The notes: a model not told the origin generated them from the letters alone. A stretch of 64,000 nt of DNA from an uncultured Candidatus Saccharibacteria bacterium (GCA_964643135.1 CAZXPC010000001.1:103726-167725), one strand, 5' to 3'. Shown: positions 27,513-37,845, numbered from the stretch's first letter. Numbers and translations: made by a program.

Positions 27513-28214
27513 ATGCCTTTAATCAAGATGGAAAATATCCGGAAAACCTACGGGTCCGGAAAAGACAACGCCGTGTTGGCAATCAAAAACCTGTCAGTCG
27601 AAATCGAGTCGGGCGAATTTGTCGCGATCATGGGCGCCTCCGGCTCGGGAAAATCCACGATTATGCATATCATGGGGTTTTTGGACCGGCCGACCGGCGG
27701 GAAATATATTTTTGAAGGCCAAGATGTGACCTCGCTGGACGATGACCGGCTTTCCGAGATCAGAAACACAAAAGTGGGCTTTGTTTTCCAATCCTTTAAT
27801 CTGCTGGCTCGGACCTCGGCCTTGGATAATGTGGCCCTGCCCATGCTTTATGCGCATCAATTTAACCAAGCCCAAATGGCCGAGAAAGCTAAAAAAATGC
27901 TCGATCAGGTCGGCCTTTCGGAAAGAACCGGCCATATGCCTTCGGAACTTTCAGGCGGGCAGCAGCAGCGCGTGGCAATCGCCCGAGCATTAATTAATAA
28001 ACCGGCCGTAATTTTCGCCGACGAACCGACCGGCAACTTGGATACCAAGTCTTCGGAAGAAATCATGGAGATTTTTAAAACCCTCAATGAAGACGGCCAC
28101 ACAATCGTCTTTGTCACTCACGAAGAAAGCGTGGCCAAATACGCCAAACGAGTTATTAAAATCAAGGACGGAGAAATCATTAGCGACGAAAAGCGTCATC
28201 ATAAAAAAGCCTAA
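27513..28214 (+). CDS. MacB/LolD-type ABC ATPase
   Basis: GASGSGKST, GFVFQSFNL, LSGGQQQRV, ADEPTGNLD. Confidence 0.95.
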   Translation: MPLIKMENIRKTYGSGKDNAVLAIKNLSVEIESGEFVAIMGASGSGKSTIMHIMGFLDRPTGGKYIFEGQDVTSLDDDRLSEIRNTKVGFVFQSFNLLARTSALDNVALPMLYAHQFNQAQMAEKAKKMLDQVGLSERTGHMPSELSGGQQQRVAIARALINKPAVIFADEPTGNLDTKSSEEIMEIFKTLNEDGHTIVFVTHEESVAKYAKRVIKIKDGEIISDEKRHHKKA

Positions 28215-28215
28215 A

Positions 28216-29448
28216 ATGTTCATTCAATCTGTCAAAATAGCCCTCAACGCTCTTCTCCTTAATAAGACACGGTCGTTCTTAACCATGCTCGGGATCGTGA
28301 TCGGTATTACGGCGGTAATTATTTTGAGTTCGGCCGGGGCGGGCGCTCAGTCTTTGATACTCGGCGCCGTGAAAGGCATCGGTTCCAATTTAATCTTTGT
28401 CGTCCCCGGCGGCACCGGCAATAACAAATTTGCCCCGCCGGCCTCGTCTCAGGGAGCGGTTATCACCACGCTTGTTGATGCTGATGTCAGATCTCTCCGG
28501 AATAAAGCGCTCGCGCCCGACTTGGCCTACGTGAGCCCTGAAGCGCGCGGACAATTTACCGTGGCCCGCGGCAGTGATAACGAGCTGGCGCTGGTTTCCG
28601 GCGAAGACGAAAATTATTTTACGGTAAGAGACATCACTCTCTCCGAGGGCGACTGGTTCACTAAAAATGACGTCGACGGACTAACCCAGGTCGCCATCTT
28701 GGGGTCAAAGATCAAAGACAATCTTTTCGGCGAAGAAGATCCAATCAATAAAATCATCAAAATCCATGAAATCAGCTTCCGAGTTATCGGCGTGATGGCG
28801 CCCAAGGGCATCGGCCCTTTTGGCGTTGATCAAGATAGCCAGGTGATTGTTCCGGTCTCGACCGCGCAGAAAATACTCTTGGGCATCAATTATTATAATC
28901 TGATCCAAATCGAGGCGGTCAGCGCCGACGCTATTCCGGCCGCCGAAGATGAGATCACCGCTATTCTAATGAATAACCATAGGATTAACGATCCGGCCAA
29001 AAACGACTTCACCGTCCGTAACACCGGCGATGCTTTGAATTTACTCACGACCATTACTGGCACTTTGACGCTCTTTTTGGCTGCGGTCGCCGGCATTTCG
29101 CTCCTCGTGGGCGGAATCGGCATTATGAACATAATGCTCGTTGCGGTAACCGAACGCACGCGAGAGATCGGCCTCCGGAAAGCTATCGGCGCGAAACGCA
29201 AAGATATTCTCCTTCAGTTCATAATCGAGGCCCTGGTCTTAACTATCTTGGGGGGCCTCTTCGGCATAGTTTTCGGAATTATCGGTTCTTACATTATTGC
29301 GCAGTTCGGCGGCTGGAGCTCAGCTGTTTCGATAAACTCGATCATTCTAGCCTTCGGCGTTTCCGCTCTTTTCGGCATAGTTTTCGGCATTTATCCGGCT
29401 AATAAAGCCTCTAAGCTCGATCCGATCGATGCCTTGCGTTATGAGTAG
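28216..29448 (+). CDS. MacB-type ABC permease
   Basis: RSFLTMLGIVIG, GGIGIMNIML, ERTREIGLRKAIGA, DPIDALRYE. Confidence 0.95.
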   Translation: MFIQSVKIALNALLLNKTRSFLTMLGIVIGITAVIILSSAGAGAQSLILGAVKGIGSNLIFVVPGGTGNNKFAPPASSQGAVITTLVDADVRSLRNKALAPDLAYVSPEARGQFTVARGSDNELALVSGEDENYFTVRDITLSEGDWFTKNDVDGLTQVAILGSKIKDNLFGEEDPINKIIKIHEISFRVIGVMAPKGIGPFGVDQDSQVIVPVSTAQKILLGINYYNLIQIEAVSADAIPAAEDEITAILMNNHRINDPAKNDFTVRNTGDALNLLTTITGTLTLFLAAVAGISLLVGGIGIMNIMLVAVTERTREIGLRKAIGAKRKDILLQFIIEALVLTILGGLFGIVFGIIGSYIIAQFGGWSSAVSINSIILAFGVSALFGIVFGIYPANKASKLDPIDALRYE

Positions 29449-30186
29449 CTATATCTCAATTCGCGAGAATAGATAGCTGCCTAAAGCTAGGAAAATGGCG
29501 GTGAGTCCCCCTAGAACCAAAAAGTCGGTCCAGATATTAAACTGCGCGATACCGGTGAAGGCAAACCGCAAGCCATCCACTCCGTAGCTTAGCGGGTCAA
29601 ATTTAGCGACAGCTGCAATGGCCCCCTCGCCGATCGGGAAGAGCGCACCCGACAAAAAGAAAAGCGGCATAATCAGAAAATTCATAATAAGAGGAAATGA
29701 CTCCATGTCATCGAGCTTGGAAGCGATGGCCGTGCCTATAGCGGTAAAAATCAGGGCCATGAGCGCCATAAAAATGATTCCCAAAGGCCACGATGATAAT
29801 TCCGGCCTGAAACCTATAAACCAGGCGATCACAAATATGACCAGCCCCTGGAAAAGAGCCGTCGTGGCTCCGCCCAAGGTTCGGCCGAGCATTATTTCAA
29901 AACGGGAAACCGGCGCAACCAGCGTCTCTTTTAGAAACCCGAATTGTTTATCCCAAATTATGCCGAGGCCCGACATAAGCGCGGTCGTCATGATGCTCAT
30001 AGCCATGATCCCGGGCGCCAGAAATTCAATATAACTGCCTCCTTCGGCTTTGGCGTAAATTGACCCGAATCCATATCCAAAAGCAACTAGATACAGCAAA
30101 GGCTGGCCGATCGCGCTTAAAATTCTGGGTTTAGACCGAAAATATCTTTTTATCTGACGCAGCCAAAGGATATAAATAATTTCCAT
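29449..30186 (-). CDS. ABC-2 type permease (DrrB-like)
   Basis: FLAPG, GFLKETLVAPVSR, FLSGALFP, DPLSYGVDGLR. Confidence 0.92.
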   Translation of the reverse strand: MEIIYILWLRQIKRYFRSKPRILSAIGQPLLYLVAFGYGFGSIYAKAEGGSYIEFLAPGIMAMSIMTTALMSGLGIIWDKQFGFLKETLVAPVSRFEIMLGRTLGGATTALFQGLVIFVIAWFIGFRPELSSWPLGIIFMALMALIFTAIGTAIASKLDDMESFPLIMNFLIMPLFFLSGALFPIGEGAIAAVAKFDPLSYGVDGLRFAFTGIAQFNIWTDFLVLGGLTAIFLALGSYLFSRIEI

Positions 30187-30188
30187 GG

Positions 30189-30998
30189 TTATTTTCTTGT
30201 TCCTCCTCCCCACATCTGCCGCTGTTTTCGGAGGGCATCCAGCGAACTAGCGCCTTCTTCGCGGATAGTCCGGCCGGTTAATTTAATAAAAGCGTCTTCA
30301 AGAGTTGCCGCGCCGGCGGAAGCCTTGATCTCAGCCACCGTCCCCTGCTTCACAACTTGACCATGATCGATCACCGCCACTTTTGACGCTGCCTTTTCCG
30401 CCTCTTGCATATAGTGAGTCGTAAAGAAAACCGTTATGCCTTCTTTTTTGTTCAAGCCCTCAATATAAGTCCAGATATGGTTGCGTGTTTGCGGGTCGAG
30501 GCCGAGCGTCGGCTCATCCATGAATAATATTTTGGGGTGGTGCAAAAGCCCGCGCGCAATTTCGAGCCGCCGCTTCATGCCGCCCGAGAAAGTCTTAACC
30601 AAATTATCGCGGCGATCCCAGAGCTCGACGAACGTCATCAGCTCTTCGATTCTCTTCTGGCGTAAGTCTCGGTCTAACCCATAAAGCACGCCGTGAAAAT
30701 CCATGTTTTCATAAGCAGTTAATTCGTCGTCGAGGCTTGGATCCTGAAAAATTATGCCAAAAGATTTTCTAACGGCATCGCGAGCCCGGCTAACGTCATG
30801 GCCATTAACTTGAATGCCGCCGCCGGTGGGCGTAAGCAAAGTCGTGAGCATTTTGATCGTGGTGGTCTTACCCGCTCCATTCGGACCCAGAAAAGCAAAA
30901 ATATCGCCTTTTTCGACGTCAAAAGAGACGTTATCCACGGCCTTGATTTGACCGAAGGTTTTAACCAAGTTTCTAACCTCAATAATCTTTTCCGCCAT
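30189..30998 (-). CDS. ABC-2 type ATPase (DrrA-like)
   Basis: GPNGAGKTT, FSGGMKRRLEIA, DEPTLGLD. Confidence 0.95.
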   Translation of the reverse strand: MAEKIIEVRNLVKTFGQIKAVDNVSFDVEKGDIFAFLGPNGAGKTTTIKMLTTLLTPTGGGIQVNGHDVSRARDAVRKSFGIIFQDPSLDDELTAYENMDFHGVLYGLDRDLRQKRIEELMTFVELWDRRDNLVKTFSGGMKRRLEIARGLLHHPKILFMDEPTLGLDPQTRNHIWTYIEGLNKKEGITVFFTTHYMQEAEKAASKVAVIDHGQVVKQGTVAEIKASAGAATLEDAFIKLTGRTIREEGASSLDALRKQRQMWGGGTRK

Positions 30999-31010
30999 CC
31001 AGATTTTAAA

Positions 31011-31550
31011 TTATGCGAATTTCTTGTGGTAAGCGGCCATAGCTTCTTTGATTAGCGCATGTGCTTTTTCAGGGCCATGAAAATCCCCGACTTTGACGCT
31101 GTCGCGGCCGGTTTGCGGAATCTTATAGGTTTCAAAAAATGATTTTAAGTCTTTCATCTCGTAGGGCGTTAGGTCGGTAACAGTTTTAACATGGTCATAG
31201 CGCGGATCTTTCTTATTGACACAGATGATTTTGTTGTCGGTCTCGCCGTTATCGATCATCTCCATCACGCCGACGACGCGGCCGTGGACTAGAGTGCCCG
31301 GCAAAATTGGACCAGTCGAGAAAACAACGGCATCTAAGGGGTCGTTGTCCCCTTCGTTCCAAGTATTGGGCACATCGCAGTAATTAACCGGATAATGCAT
31401 CGGGCCATACAAAACGCGGTCGAGCTCTAAGATGCCGAGCTCCTTATTGTATTCATATTTATTAAAGTCTCCTTTTGAGATCTCAACGATCAAGTTTAAT
31501 TCATCCGGCGCCTTGTCCTGCTTAATGGTGTGGAAATGTGATTTCTCCAT
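31011..31550 (-). CDS. ppa: Family I inorganic pyrophosphatase
   Basis: NKYE, LDRVL, YPVNY, DNDPLDA, FFETYK. Confidence 0.93.
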   Translation of the reverse strand: MEKSHFHTIKQDKAPDELNLIVEISKGDFNKYEYNKELGILELDRVLYGPMHYPVNYCDVPNTWNEGDNDPLDAVVFSTGPILPGTLVHGRVVGVMEMIDNGETDNKIICVNKKDPRYDHVKTVTDLTPYEMKDLKSFFETYKIPQTGRDSVKVGDFHGPEKAHALIKEAMAAYHKKFA

Positions 31551-31658
31551 TGGTTTATAAATTTAATTTGTTCTGAAAGTATAGTATTTCTATGATTTAA
31601 AATCAAAACAGCCGAGCCATGTGCGCCCGACTGTTAAAATGCTTTAACCCCCTCTCTA

Positions 31659-32534
31659 CTATTTTATACTACCGTCTATCTTCAGAGCCGCGCTGCCGGT
31701 AAGAGGTACGCCGTCGGATGAAACAGCGGCATCCGCGCCAACCTGTTCTTCGGCGGCTGCGGGGGCCAGTTCGGCTCCCCTTAGGACTTCGAGCTGGTTG
31801 ATGAGAGTGCCCGAAACAATAACTTCAGTTGCCGGAGCCTGTTCTGCCCCAATCACAGCCTTAGCTGAAATCGCATCATCACTATTAATAGTAGTTGTCA
31901 CCGGAAGAGTATCAGATGTCGTAGGAGCCGGTGAAGCGGCGCGGGCCGTCAAGATCCCCTTAAGAACTTTGGCGTGAGCTTTGATAGCGGCCTCAAAATT
32001 TGAACTGACCGCTACAGCCGCAGCAGCATGATTGCTCGCTTTGATCGCTTCGACAGTTTTTACCGCCTCGCTGGACTGAACTTCAAAATTCGCTTTTACT
32101 TCGGCTTCGGTTCTGGCATCCAGCCGGCCGGCGGCGGCCAATTGCTCCGCTTCTTCCAGCCTCCTCGTCGCAAATTCTGTCTGAGCCTTTGCCTTAGCTT
32201 CAGTGCTAAGAGACAATGCCACCCGGGCTCCCTCAGTCACGTTCTTAATTGGATATAAAATATCTCCCGGCAACGAACTTTCGGCGGCAAAAGCAGCAGC
32301 TCCCCCTCCTCCCAACAACAGCATCACGGCTAAAAATATTGGCATAAATTTTAGTTTAATTAATAATTGTTTCTTGCCTGTCTGCCGGGCCAAATCAGCA
32401 TTTCTTACAGGTCCGTTTTTAATAAAATACACAATATTCTCTCGGATCAAAGATTTTTTTGATTCTGAAAGCCGGACGCTTTGGGCTTCCCGAATCATCT
32501 CTTCAAAGATCTTATGATTGTTGTTATTTGTCAT
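31659..32534 (-). CDS. Putative membrane anti-sigma factor (DUF5667-like)
   Basis: One TM, AESSLPGDILYPIK..E, RRLEEA; overlaps the ECF sigma stop. Confidence 0.75.
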   Translation of the reverse strand: MTNNNNHKIFEEMIREAQSVRLSESKKSLIRENIVYFIKNGPVRNADLARQTGKKQLLIKLKFMPIFLAVMLLLGGGGAAAFAAESSLPGDILYPIKNVTEGARVALSLSTEAKAKAQTEFATRRLEEAEQLAAAGRLDARTEAEVKANFEVQSSEAVKTVEAIKASNHAAAAVAVSSNFEAAIKAHAKVLKGILTARAASPAPTTSDTLPVTTTINSDDAISAKAVIGAEQAPATEVIVSGTLINQLEVLRGAELAPAAAEEQVGADAAVSSDGVPLTGSAALKIDGSIK

Positions 32535-33051
32535 TGGCTTTTGTATTTAATAGCTCTCTCATTTGCTTCAAGGCCCGGTTCAACCTAACCGAAACATTGT
32601 TCTCGCTCTCTCCGATCATTTGGCTTATCTCCTGGGGCGAGAATTCATTAATGTATCTCATGACGATCACTTCCCGATATTTATGATCCAGACCGTCTAG
32701 CAGTTTCAGCATATCTTTAGCTTCGATGCCGGTTTCGATAACCGACGCGCTATCCCGGCCTCCCTCCGAAGAACTTAAGTCAAAGCCCTGATCTCTCAAT
32801 TCATCCAGCGATAGAGCCTTCTTGCGCCGATATTCATCAATAATCATATCGTTGGCAATCTTGTAGAGAAGCGCTCTCAGATTTTTCACTTCGTTGCCCT
32901 TCTCGAGATATTCCCAGGCCTTGATAAATATATTTTGGACCATATCTTCAGCCGTAGACCGATCTGAGATACGGAAATAACAATGCCTGAAAAGAGCATC
33001 CGAAAAATCCTCGTAGGTTGTCAAAAAATCCTGTTCGTTAATGGTTTTCAT
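32524..33051 (-). CDS. ECF RNA polymerase sigma factor
   Basis: AEDMVQNIFIKAW, LYKIANDMIIDEYRR, region 4 VSVRLNRA. Confidence 0.93.
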   Translation of the reverse strand: MKTINEQDFLTTYEDFSDALFRHCYFRISDRSTAEDMVQNIFIKAWEYLEKGNEVKNLRALLYKIANDMIIDEYRRKKALSLDELRDQGFDLSSSEGGRDSASVIETGIEAKDMLKLLDGLDHKYREVIVMRYINEFSPQEISQMIGESENNVSVRLNRALKQMRELLNTKANDK

Positions 33052-33086
33052 ATGTGAGCCGTGAGTATTAGGCGAATCTTACAGAG

Positions 33087-34001
33087 CTAGACCGCCAATC
33101 GAAATAAGGTGGCCAACCGGCCCTTCGCCCGGCAGATTATATTACAATAACCGCCGTTTTTACCGCAACAATCTACACAAGCAATAAAGTGTCTGTGGCA
33201 ATTATCGTACCGGCAATTGATGTAATTTTCGGATTTAGATCCGCAGAGCTCGCAAGCGGCGACAATTTCGTGCTTCACATCCTCGGTATTAAAGCCGACT
33301 AGGATCCGGTTATCAAAAACATAGAGCTTACCTTTAAAGTCTTCATTCGGATATTGTTCCATGTAAGTATGTATGCCGCCTTCTAATTGGTAAACATTTT
33401 TAAAACCATTTTCGATTAAGAGTCCCGAAGCTTTTTCGCAGCGCACACCGCCAGTGCAGACCGGCACAACTTCCTTATCTTTCAAATGCGAGATTTTGGG
33501 CAAAAACTTGGGTAAATCGCGAAAGTTATCTACTCCGGAAAGAATTGAGCCTTCAAAATAGCCGCTCTTGGTTTCGTAATTATTGCGCATGTCGACGATG
33601 TAGAATTCGCGGCCCGATTTGATCCAAGCTTTCAGATCTTCGGGCTTCAAATATTTTCCCGTTACCCGCTTCTCTGGGTCGCTAAGCGCGCCGAAACCGC
33701 TCGTTACGATTTCATCTCTAACCTTAACTATTAACTTCGGAAACGACTTGCCTCCTCCCTCACTTCGCTTAAACACAATGTCGCTAAATTCCGGCAGTGC
33801 TCGCAAGGCTTCGCAGTACTTCTGAACATCCTCTTTTCGACCTTCCAGCGTGCCATTGATACCCTCTTTAGCAATCAAAATCCGGCCCTTAAGGCCAAGA
33901 GACATGCATAATTCACGCTGAGCCTTACAGAGCTCGGCGGGATCGTTAATAGCCACATATTTGTAATACAAAATCACCTCGAATTGCTGCTCCATAGCCA
34001 T
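33087..34001 (-). CDS. trhO: Rhodanese-domain tRNA U34 hydroxylase (YceA/TrhO family)
   Basis: LYYKY, GRILIAKEGINGT, DMRNNYE, CTGGVRCEKAS, GKLYVFDNR. Confidence 0.88.
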   Translation of the reverse strand: MAMEQQFEVILYYKYVAINDPAELCKAQRELCMSLGLKGRILIAKEGINGTLEGRKEDVQKYCEALRALPEFSDIVFKRSEGGGKSFPKLIVKVRDEIVTSGFGALSDPEKRVTGKYLKPEDLKAWIKSGREFYIVDMRNNYETKSGYFEGSILSGVDNFRDLPKFLPKISHLKDKEVVPVCTGGVRCEKASGLLIENGFKNVYQLEGGIHTYMEQYPNEDFKGKLYVFDNRILVGFNTEDVKHEIVAACELCGSKSENYINCRYDNCHRHFIACVDCCGKNGGYCNIICRAKGRLATLFRLAV

Positions 34002-34086
34002 GAATATTAGCAGAATCAGCCGGCTTGTCGACTGTTTGACGCTATTGTGCCTTGGTGGTATAACTCATATCGGAGTTGTACAGTTC

Positions 34087-34650
34087 ATGGATGGGAACGC
34101 AACCAACAAGGCAGTCAGAGTATTCAGGCCAGTCTCCAAGAACCGCGTGATCGGCATCTACTTCCAACTCTTTTTCATGTGGATGAAGATGCCCCGCATG
34201 AAGCGAGCCCACTCGAAGCGCGGCAATCCGATCCCTCACGACGCCTTGATCTTTCACAAGGCGATCTGGGACACGTTCAAGATCTGCGGCATGAACATCT
34301 ACTTCGGGCCGTTTGCCACGACGAATCGCCGGACCGCATGGTTCCACTTCGTTACGACAGACGGTGACGAGATCATCATAGACATGATGCCTCTCGCCAT
34401 GCCGAGTGGATCGTTCATGTCATGTCCGATCCTCGTGATGAAGAGCCAAGATCCGGACTGGTTCAACCGGTACAAGCCGGGCGAGATGACGCCGCAGGAA
34501 GAGTATGTGATGTTCAGCCCCTCATATCTTCTGGAGACGCGAGCGATCAACAACGAAATGATCCGAGCTCTCCCCAATGAAGAAGAGTGGGAAGCCGTCC
34601 AGCAAGAATACTCCTGGCTTGTGACGCAGCCGAGCTACGCCTCGGCCTGA
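34087..34650 (+). CDS. Hypothetical ORFan protein
   Basis: TTGACG-N17-TATAAC promoter, GGAG then ATG at 34087; terminator at about 34665-34693. Confidence 0.65.
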   Translation: MDGNATNKAVRVFRPVSKNRVIGIYFQLFFMWMKMPRMKRAHSKRGNPIPHDALIFHKAIWDTFKICGMNIYFGPFATTNRRTAWFHFVTTDGDEIIIDMMPLAMPSGSFMSCPILVMKSQDPDWFNRYKPGEMTPQEEYVMFSPSYLLETRAINNEMIRALPNEEEWEAVQQEYSWLVTQPSYASA

Positions 34651-34695
34651 AGCACACCGCAGTCGCACCTCCCGGCAAGAGGTGCTATTTTTTAC

Positions 34696-35118
34696 CTAAA
34701 AATTCTCGTCTAGGGCCTGGTTAACCAGCGCATCAGCGGCCGAATTTTCTTCGCGGGGAATGTGATTGAACTTAATATTTTTGAAATTATTTTTAAGAAC
34801 CTCAACTTCTTTGAAAAGCATTTTCAAATTGGCGTCTTTCACTTTGTACTGCCCAATAATTTGCCGGTGCATTAACTCGCTGTCGGTTCGGACCTCGATC
34901 GCATCGCTTGGCTTGGCTAACTGCTTTAGCTCGGTCAAGGCCAAGATCATAGCTTGATACTCAGCTGTGTTGTTAGTCCCCTCGCCCAGATATTTCTTAA
35001 ATTTCTTTTGCCATGAGATCTTGCCGCTCTCATGATTTTCGATTACAACCCCGCTGGCCGACGGCCCCGGGTTACCGCGCGAACCGCCATCAGTATATAC
35101 TATGATCTTACTTTCCAT
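34696..35118 (-). CDS. rnhA: Ribonuclease HI
   Basis: YTDGGSRGNPG, TNNTAEY, TDSEL, PREENSAADAL. Confidence 0.92.
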   Translation of the reverse strand: MESKIIVYTDGGSRGNPGPSASGVVIENHESGKISWQKKFKKYLGEGTNNTAEYQAMILALTELKQLAKPSDAIEVRTDSELMHRQIIGQYKVKDANLKMLFKEVEVLKNNFKNIKFNHIPREENSAADALVNQALDENF

Positions 35119-35990
35119 GGATATGGTTCGCTTATTTTAATCTGAAAACCAGCCGCAGCCTTGTGTCCGCCCCCGCCGTATTTTTGAGCAATTTTGGCCA
35201 CGTCAACTGTCCCGTCCGAACGCAGAGAAACTTTAAGCGAATCGCCTTTACGCCGATAAACAATGCCCAAAGGCGGCATTTTTTTGACCAGCGCATTGCC
35301 TAGTTCGGAATGAATCGTCGTTGGAGAATTAGCAATGAGGGTTCGATAGCCCTCGAATTCGGCCTCCTCGGCTCCCTCAACCATTTCTTTGATGATTCTG
35401 TTTTTGAAATTAAGAATCGCGCGCCCCTCGCCAACAATTCTCTTTCTCAGCTCAGCTTTTTCCAGGTCTTTGGCCAATTTGTCCCATGTTTTGAAGTCCA
35501 TACTGTAGACCGACAAGGCTGAAGCGATTTCGGGCGATTCTTTCAAATTAAATTTCCAGAGATCGACGTCCTGTACGTAGAGCAGCAATTTGGGAATAGT
35601 TTTTCCGGGGTGAAAATATTTCCAAGCGAGGACAGCGCCAGACTGATCAATCGCAAAGGAATGATGCGGAATAGATTCAACCAGGCTTTGCGCAGTCACA
35701 TGATGGTCGATCACGGTCAACGACTTAGATTTGCTCGCGATATAAGTCATTGCCTCCTCCGGGAAACAAAAATCGAGCAGATATATATCTTTCCCGGCCA
35801 AATCGGCCGGAGGCGGCGTATGATGCTCCTGAGGAATATAGTCGGCCTTATTCTTAAACTTCTTCCAGGCAGCATAAGCGGCGCCGAAGCCGTCGGGGCA
35901 ATTACCATGGTAGATAACAACAGCTTTGAGCTTTGAGCTTTGAGCTTTGAGAGATGCTGAACTATTGATTTCTAAAGTCTTCTTTCTCAT
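35100..35990 (-). CDS. DHH/DHHA1 phosphoesterase
   Basis: YHGNCPDG, IDHH, GGGGHKAAAG. Confidence 0.9.
   Translation of the reverse strand: MRKKTLEINSSASLKAQSSKLKAVVIYHGNCPDGFGAAYAAWKKFKNKADYIPQEHHTPPPADLAGKDIYLLDFCFPEEAMTYIASKSKSLTVIDHHVTAQSLVESIPHHSFAIDQSGAVLAWKYFHPGKTIPKLLLYVQDVDLWKFNLKESPEIASALSVYSMDFKTWDKLAKDLEKAELRKRIVGEGRAILNFKNRIIKEMVEGAEEAEFEGYRTLIANSPTTIHSELGNALVKKMPPLGIVYRRKGDSLKVSLRSDGTVDVAKIAQKYGGGGHKAAAGFQIKISEPYPWKVRS
35922..35951. repeat. Heptamer tandem repeat (AGCTTTG)x4
   Basis: Read directly; lies in the 5' part of the DHH gene. Confidence 0.95.
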
Positions 35991-36007
35991 TTTCTATAAG
36001 CTAAAAG

Positions 36008-37078
36008 CTATAAGCTATGCCTAAGCGCTTCGATAGCCGGCATCTTTTCACCGGCTAAGAAATCGAGCATCGCTCCCCCGCCCGTCGAAACCAAATCTAT
36101 CCTGCTATTTAACTTAAGTTCGGTAATAATCTGAGCAGTCTCGCCGCCGCCGACTATCGAAAGGGCGCGCGATTTGGCGATGGCTCTAGCAATTGTTTTA
36201 GAACCTTCCGCAAACTTTTTGTCTTCAATATAGCCCATCGGACCGCCCCAGATGACCGTTCCGGCCTTTAGAATTCTGTCGGCATAAAGTTTAGCCGTTC
36301 TGGGACCGATGTCTAATATCCTGCCTTCATTATTTTTGGCGTAATCAACAGGGGTGACGATTTTTTCATTAACCGACAGTTTTTTAGCCTCTTCAATCAT
36401 TTCTGCTTCGAAAAGAGATCCGCCGATATCAACACCGCTGGCCTTAAGAAAGGTATTGGCAACGCCGCCGCCGACTAAAATATAATCTATTTTTGAAATA
36501 AGGTTTTTGATGACTCCCATTTTGTCGGCCATCTTGGCCCCGCCCAGAATTAGTAGAAACGGCGACTTGGGACTCTGCATCGCCCGCGTCAAATGAGCCA
36601 CTTCGCGCTTAAAATTAGGCCCCATGCGGCTGGGAATGAATTTAGTAACGCCCACATTTGAGGCATTTTCCCGGTGCGCGGTCGCAAAATCATCGTTGAT
36701 GTAGACGTTGCCCAGCGAGGCTATTGTTTTAGCCAAGCCGGCATCGTTCTCGGATTCGCCCTTCAAAAACCTGGTATTTTCGAGCAAGAAAATAGAACCC
36801 GGCCTTCCCAGGCGAATTATTTCCGCGGCTCTTGGCAGATCTTTGTTGTCGACAAAGACAACCCTTTTCTTGAGCTTCTTTTCGAAAAGCTTGGCAAAAC
36901 GCTTAAGACTGAACTTAAGATCTCTCCCCTCGGGCCGCCCTTCGTGGCTTAAAATCACAACCTTGTTCTTCGAAGACGCGAACTTCTTAATTCCGTTTAC
37001 GGCCGTCAAAAATCTGAGCGATTTAGATTCATCTTTGGCATCTTTGATATCGAGGTTCGTTCCAAAAAGGTATGTCAT
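36008..37078 (-). CDS. pgk: Phosphoglycerate kinase (short N-terminus)
   Basis: SHEGRP, LENTRF, AHR, GGAKMADK, DIGP, STGGGAML. Confidence 0.92.
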   Translation of the reverse strand: MTYLFGTNLDIKDAKDESKSLRFLTAVNGIKKFASSKNKVVILSHEGRPEGRDLKFSLKRFAKLFEKKLKKRVVFVDNKDLPRAAEIIRLGRPGSIFLLENTRFLKGESENDAGLAKTIASLGNVYINDDFATAHRENASNVGVTKFIPSRMGPNFKREVAHLTRAMQSPKSPFLLILGGAKMADKMGVIKNLISKIDYILVGGGVANTFLKASGVDIGGSLFEAEMIEEAKKLSVNEKIVTPVDYAKNNEGRILDIGPRTAKLYADRILKAGTVIWGGPMGYIEDKKFAEGSKTIARAIAKSRALSIVGGGETAQIITELKLNSRIDLVSTGGGAMLDFLAGEKMPAIEALRHSL

Positions 37079-37755
37079 ACATTAATAATTGTTTCTTTTA
37101 GACTAGCAAACTTCTCTTTAATAAGAGTATCCCTAACCACTTCAAAAACAAAGCGGTAGCCCTTTTGGTTCAAATGCAGGCCGTCCTCAAAATAATTCTC
37201 CCAATTAGGCCGGGCCATCATAATCGAATAAATATCTATAAACAAAGCGCCGGTGTGGTCGCATAAATCCTTGATCAAGCCGTTATACTTCACCGCATAC
37301 TGGTTTTTATAGACCAGGTCTTTGCTCCAATAGACCGGGTTAGTCTTCGACTCGTCAACCGGCAAGAGCGACATAAAGGCTATCTTTTTGCTGAAAATAT
37401 TAGTCAGGCCATGGATCTCGTTGAGGTTCCGGGCAAAAACAGACGGCAGAACATTAAAGTCGCCGGACGCTTTAGAGACCGAAGAATCGTTCTTGCCGAT
37501 ATCGAAAATGATAATATTGTCTGCATCTATGTTGACCCGCTTGCGTAATTCAAACTGAACGCGTTCCAAAACACTCTGCGAATTACTGGACGGAATACCC
37601 AGATTATAGACAATATAATTTATGTAATGTCTCGATATGCCGGAATTCTCGGCTGAGCTCGCTTCGAGATAAGAACGCAGTCGCTGCACCCATCCGCCCT
37701 CGTTATCCCAGACTCCGTAGACATTGCTGCCTCCAAAAACCAAAATATTAGCCAC
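37075..37755 (-). CDS. SGNH/GDSL hydrolase
   Basis: FGGSNVYG, NLGI, IGKND, DGLHLN. Confidence 0.85.
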   Translation of the reverse strand: MANILVFGGSNVYGVWDNEGGWVQRLRSYLEASSAENSGISRHYINYIVYNLGIPSSNSQSVLERVQFELRKRVNIDADNIIIFDIGKNDSSVSKASGDFNVLPSVFARNLNEIHGLTNIFSKKIAFMSLLPVDESKTNPVYWSKDLVYKNQYAVKYNGLIKDLCDHTGALFIDIYSIMMARPNWENYFEDGLHLNQKGYRFVFEVVRDTLIKEKFASLKETIINV

Positions 37756-37845
37756 GTTAATATCTCAACAATTAAATCTTAAAACTCAAAACTTTTAATA
37801 GTGTAGCATTTTACAGACTGAGCCGCTAGATAGTAGTATATGGAT

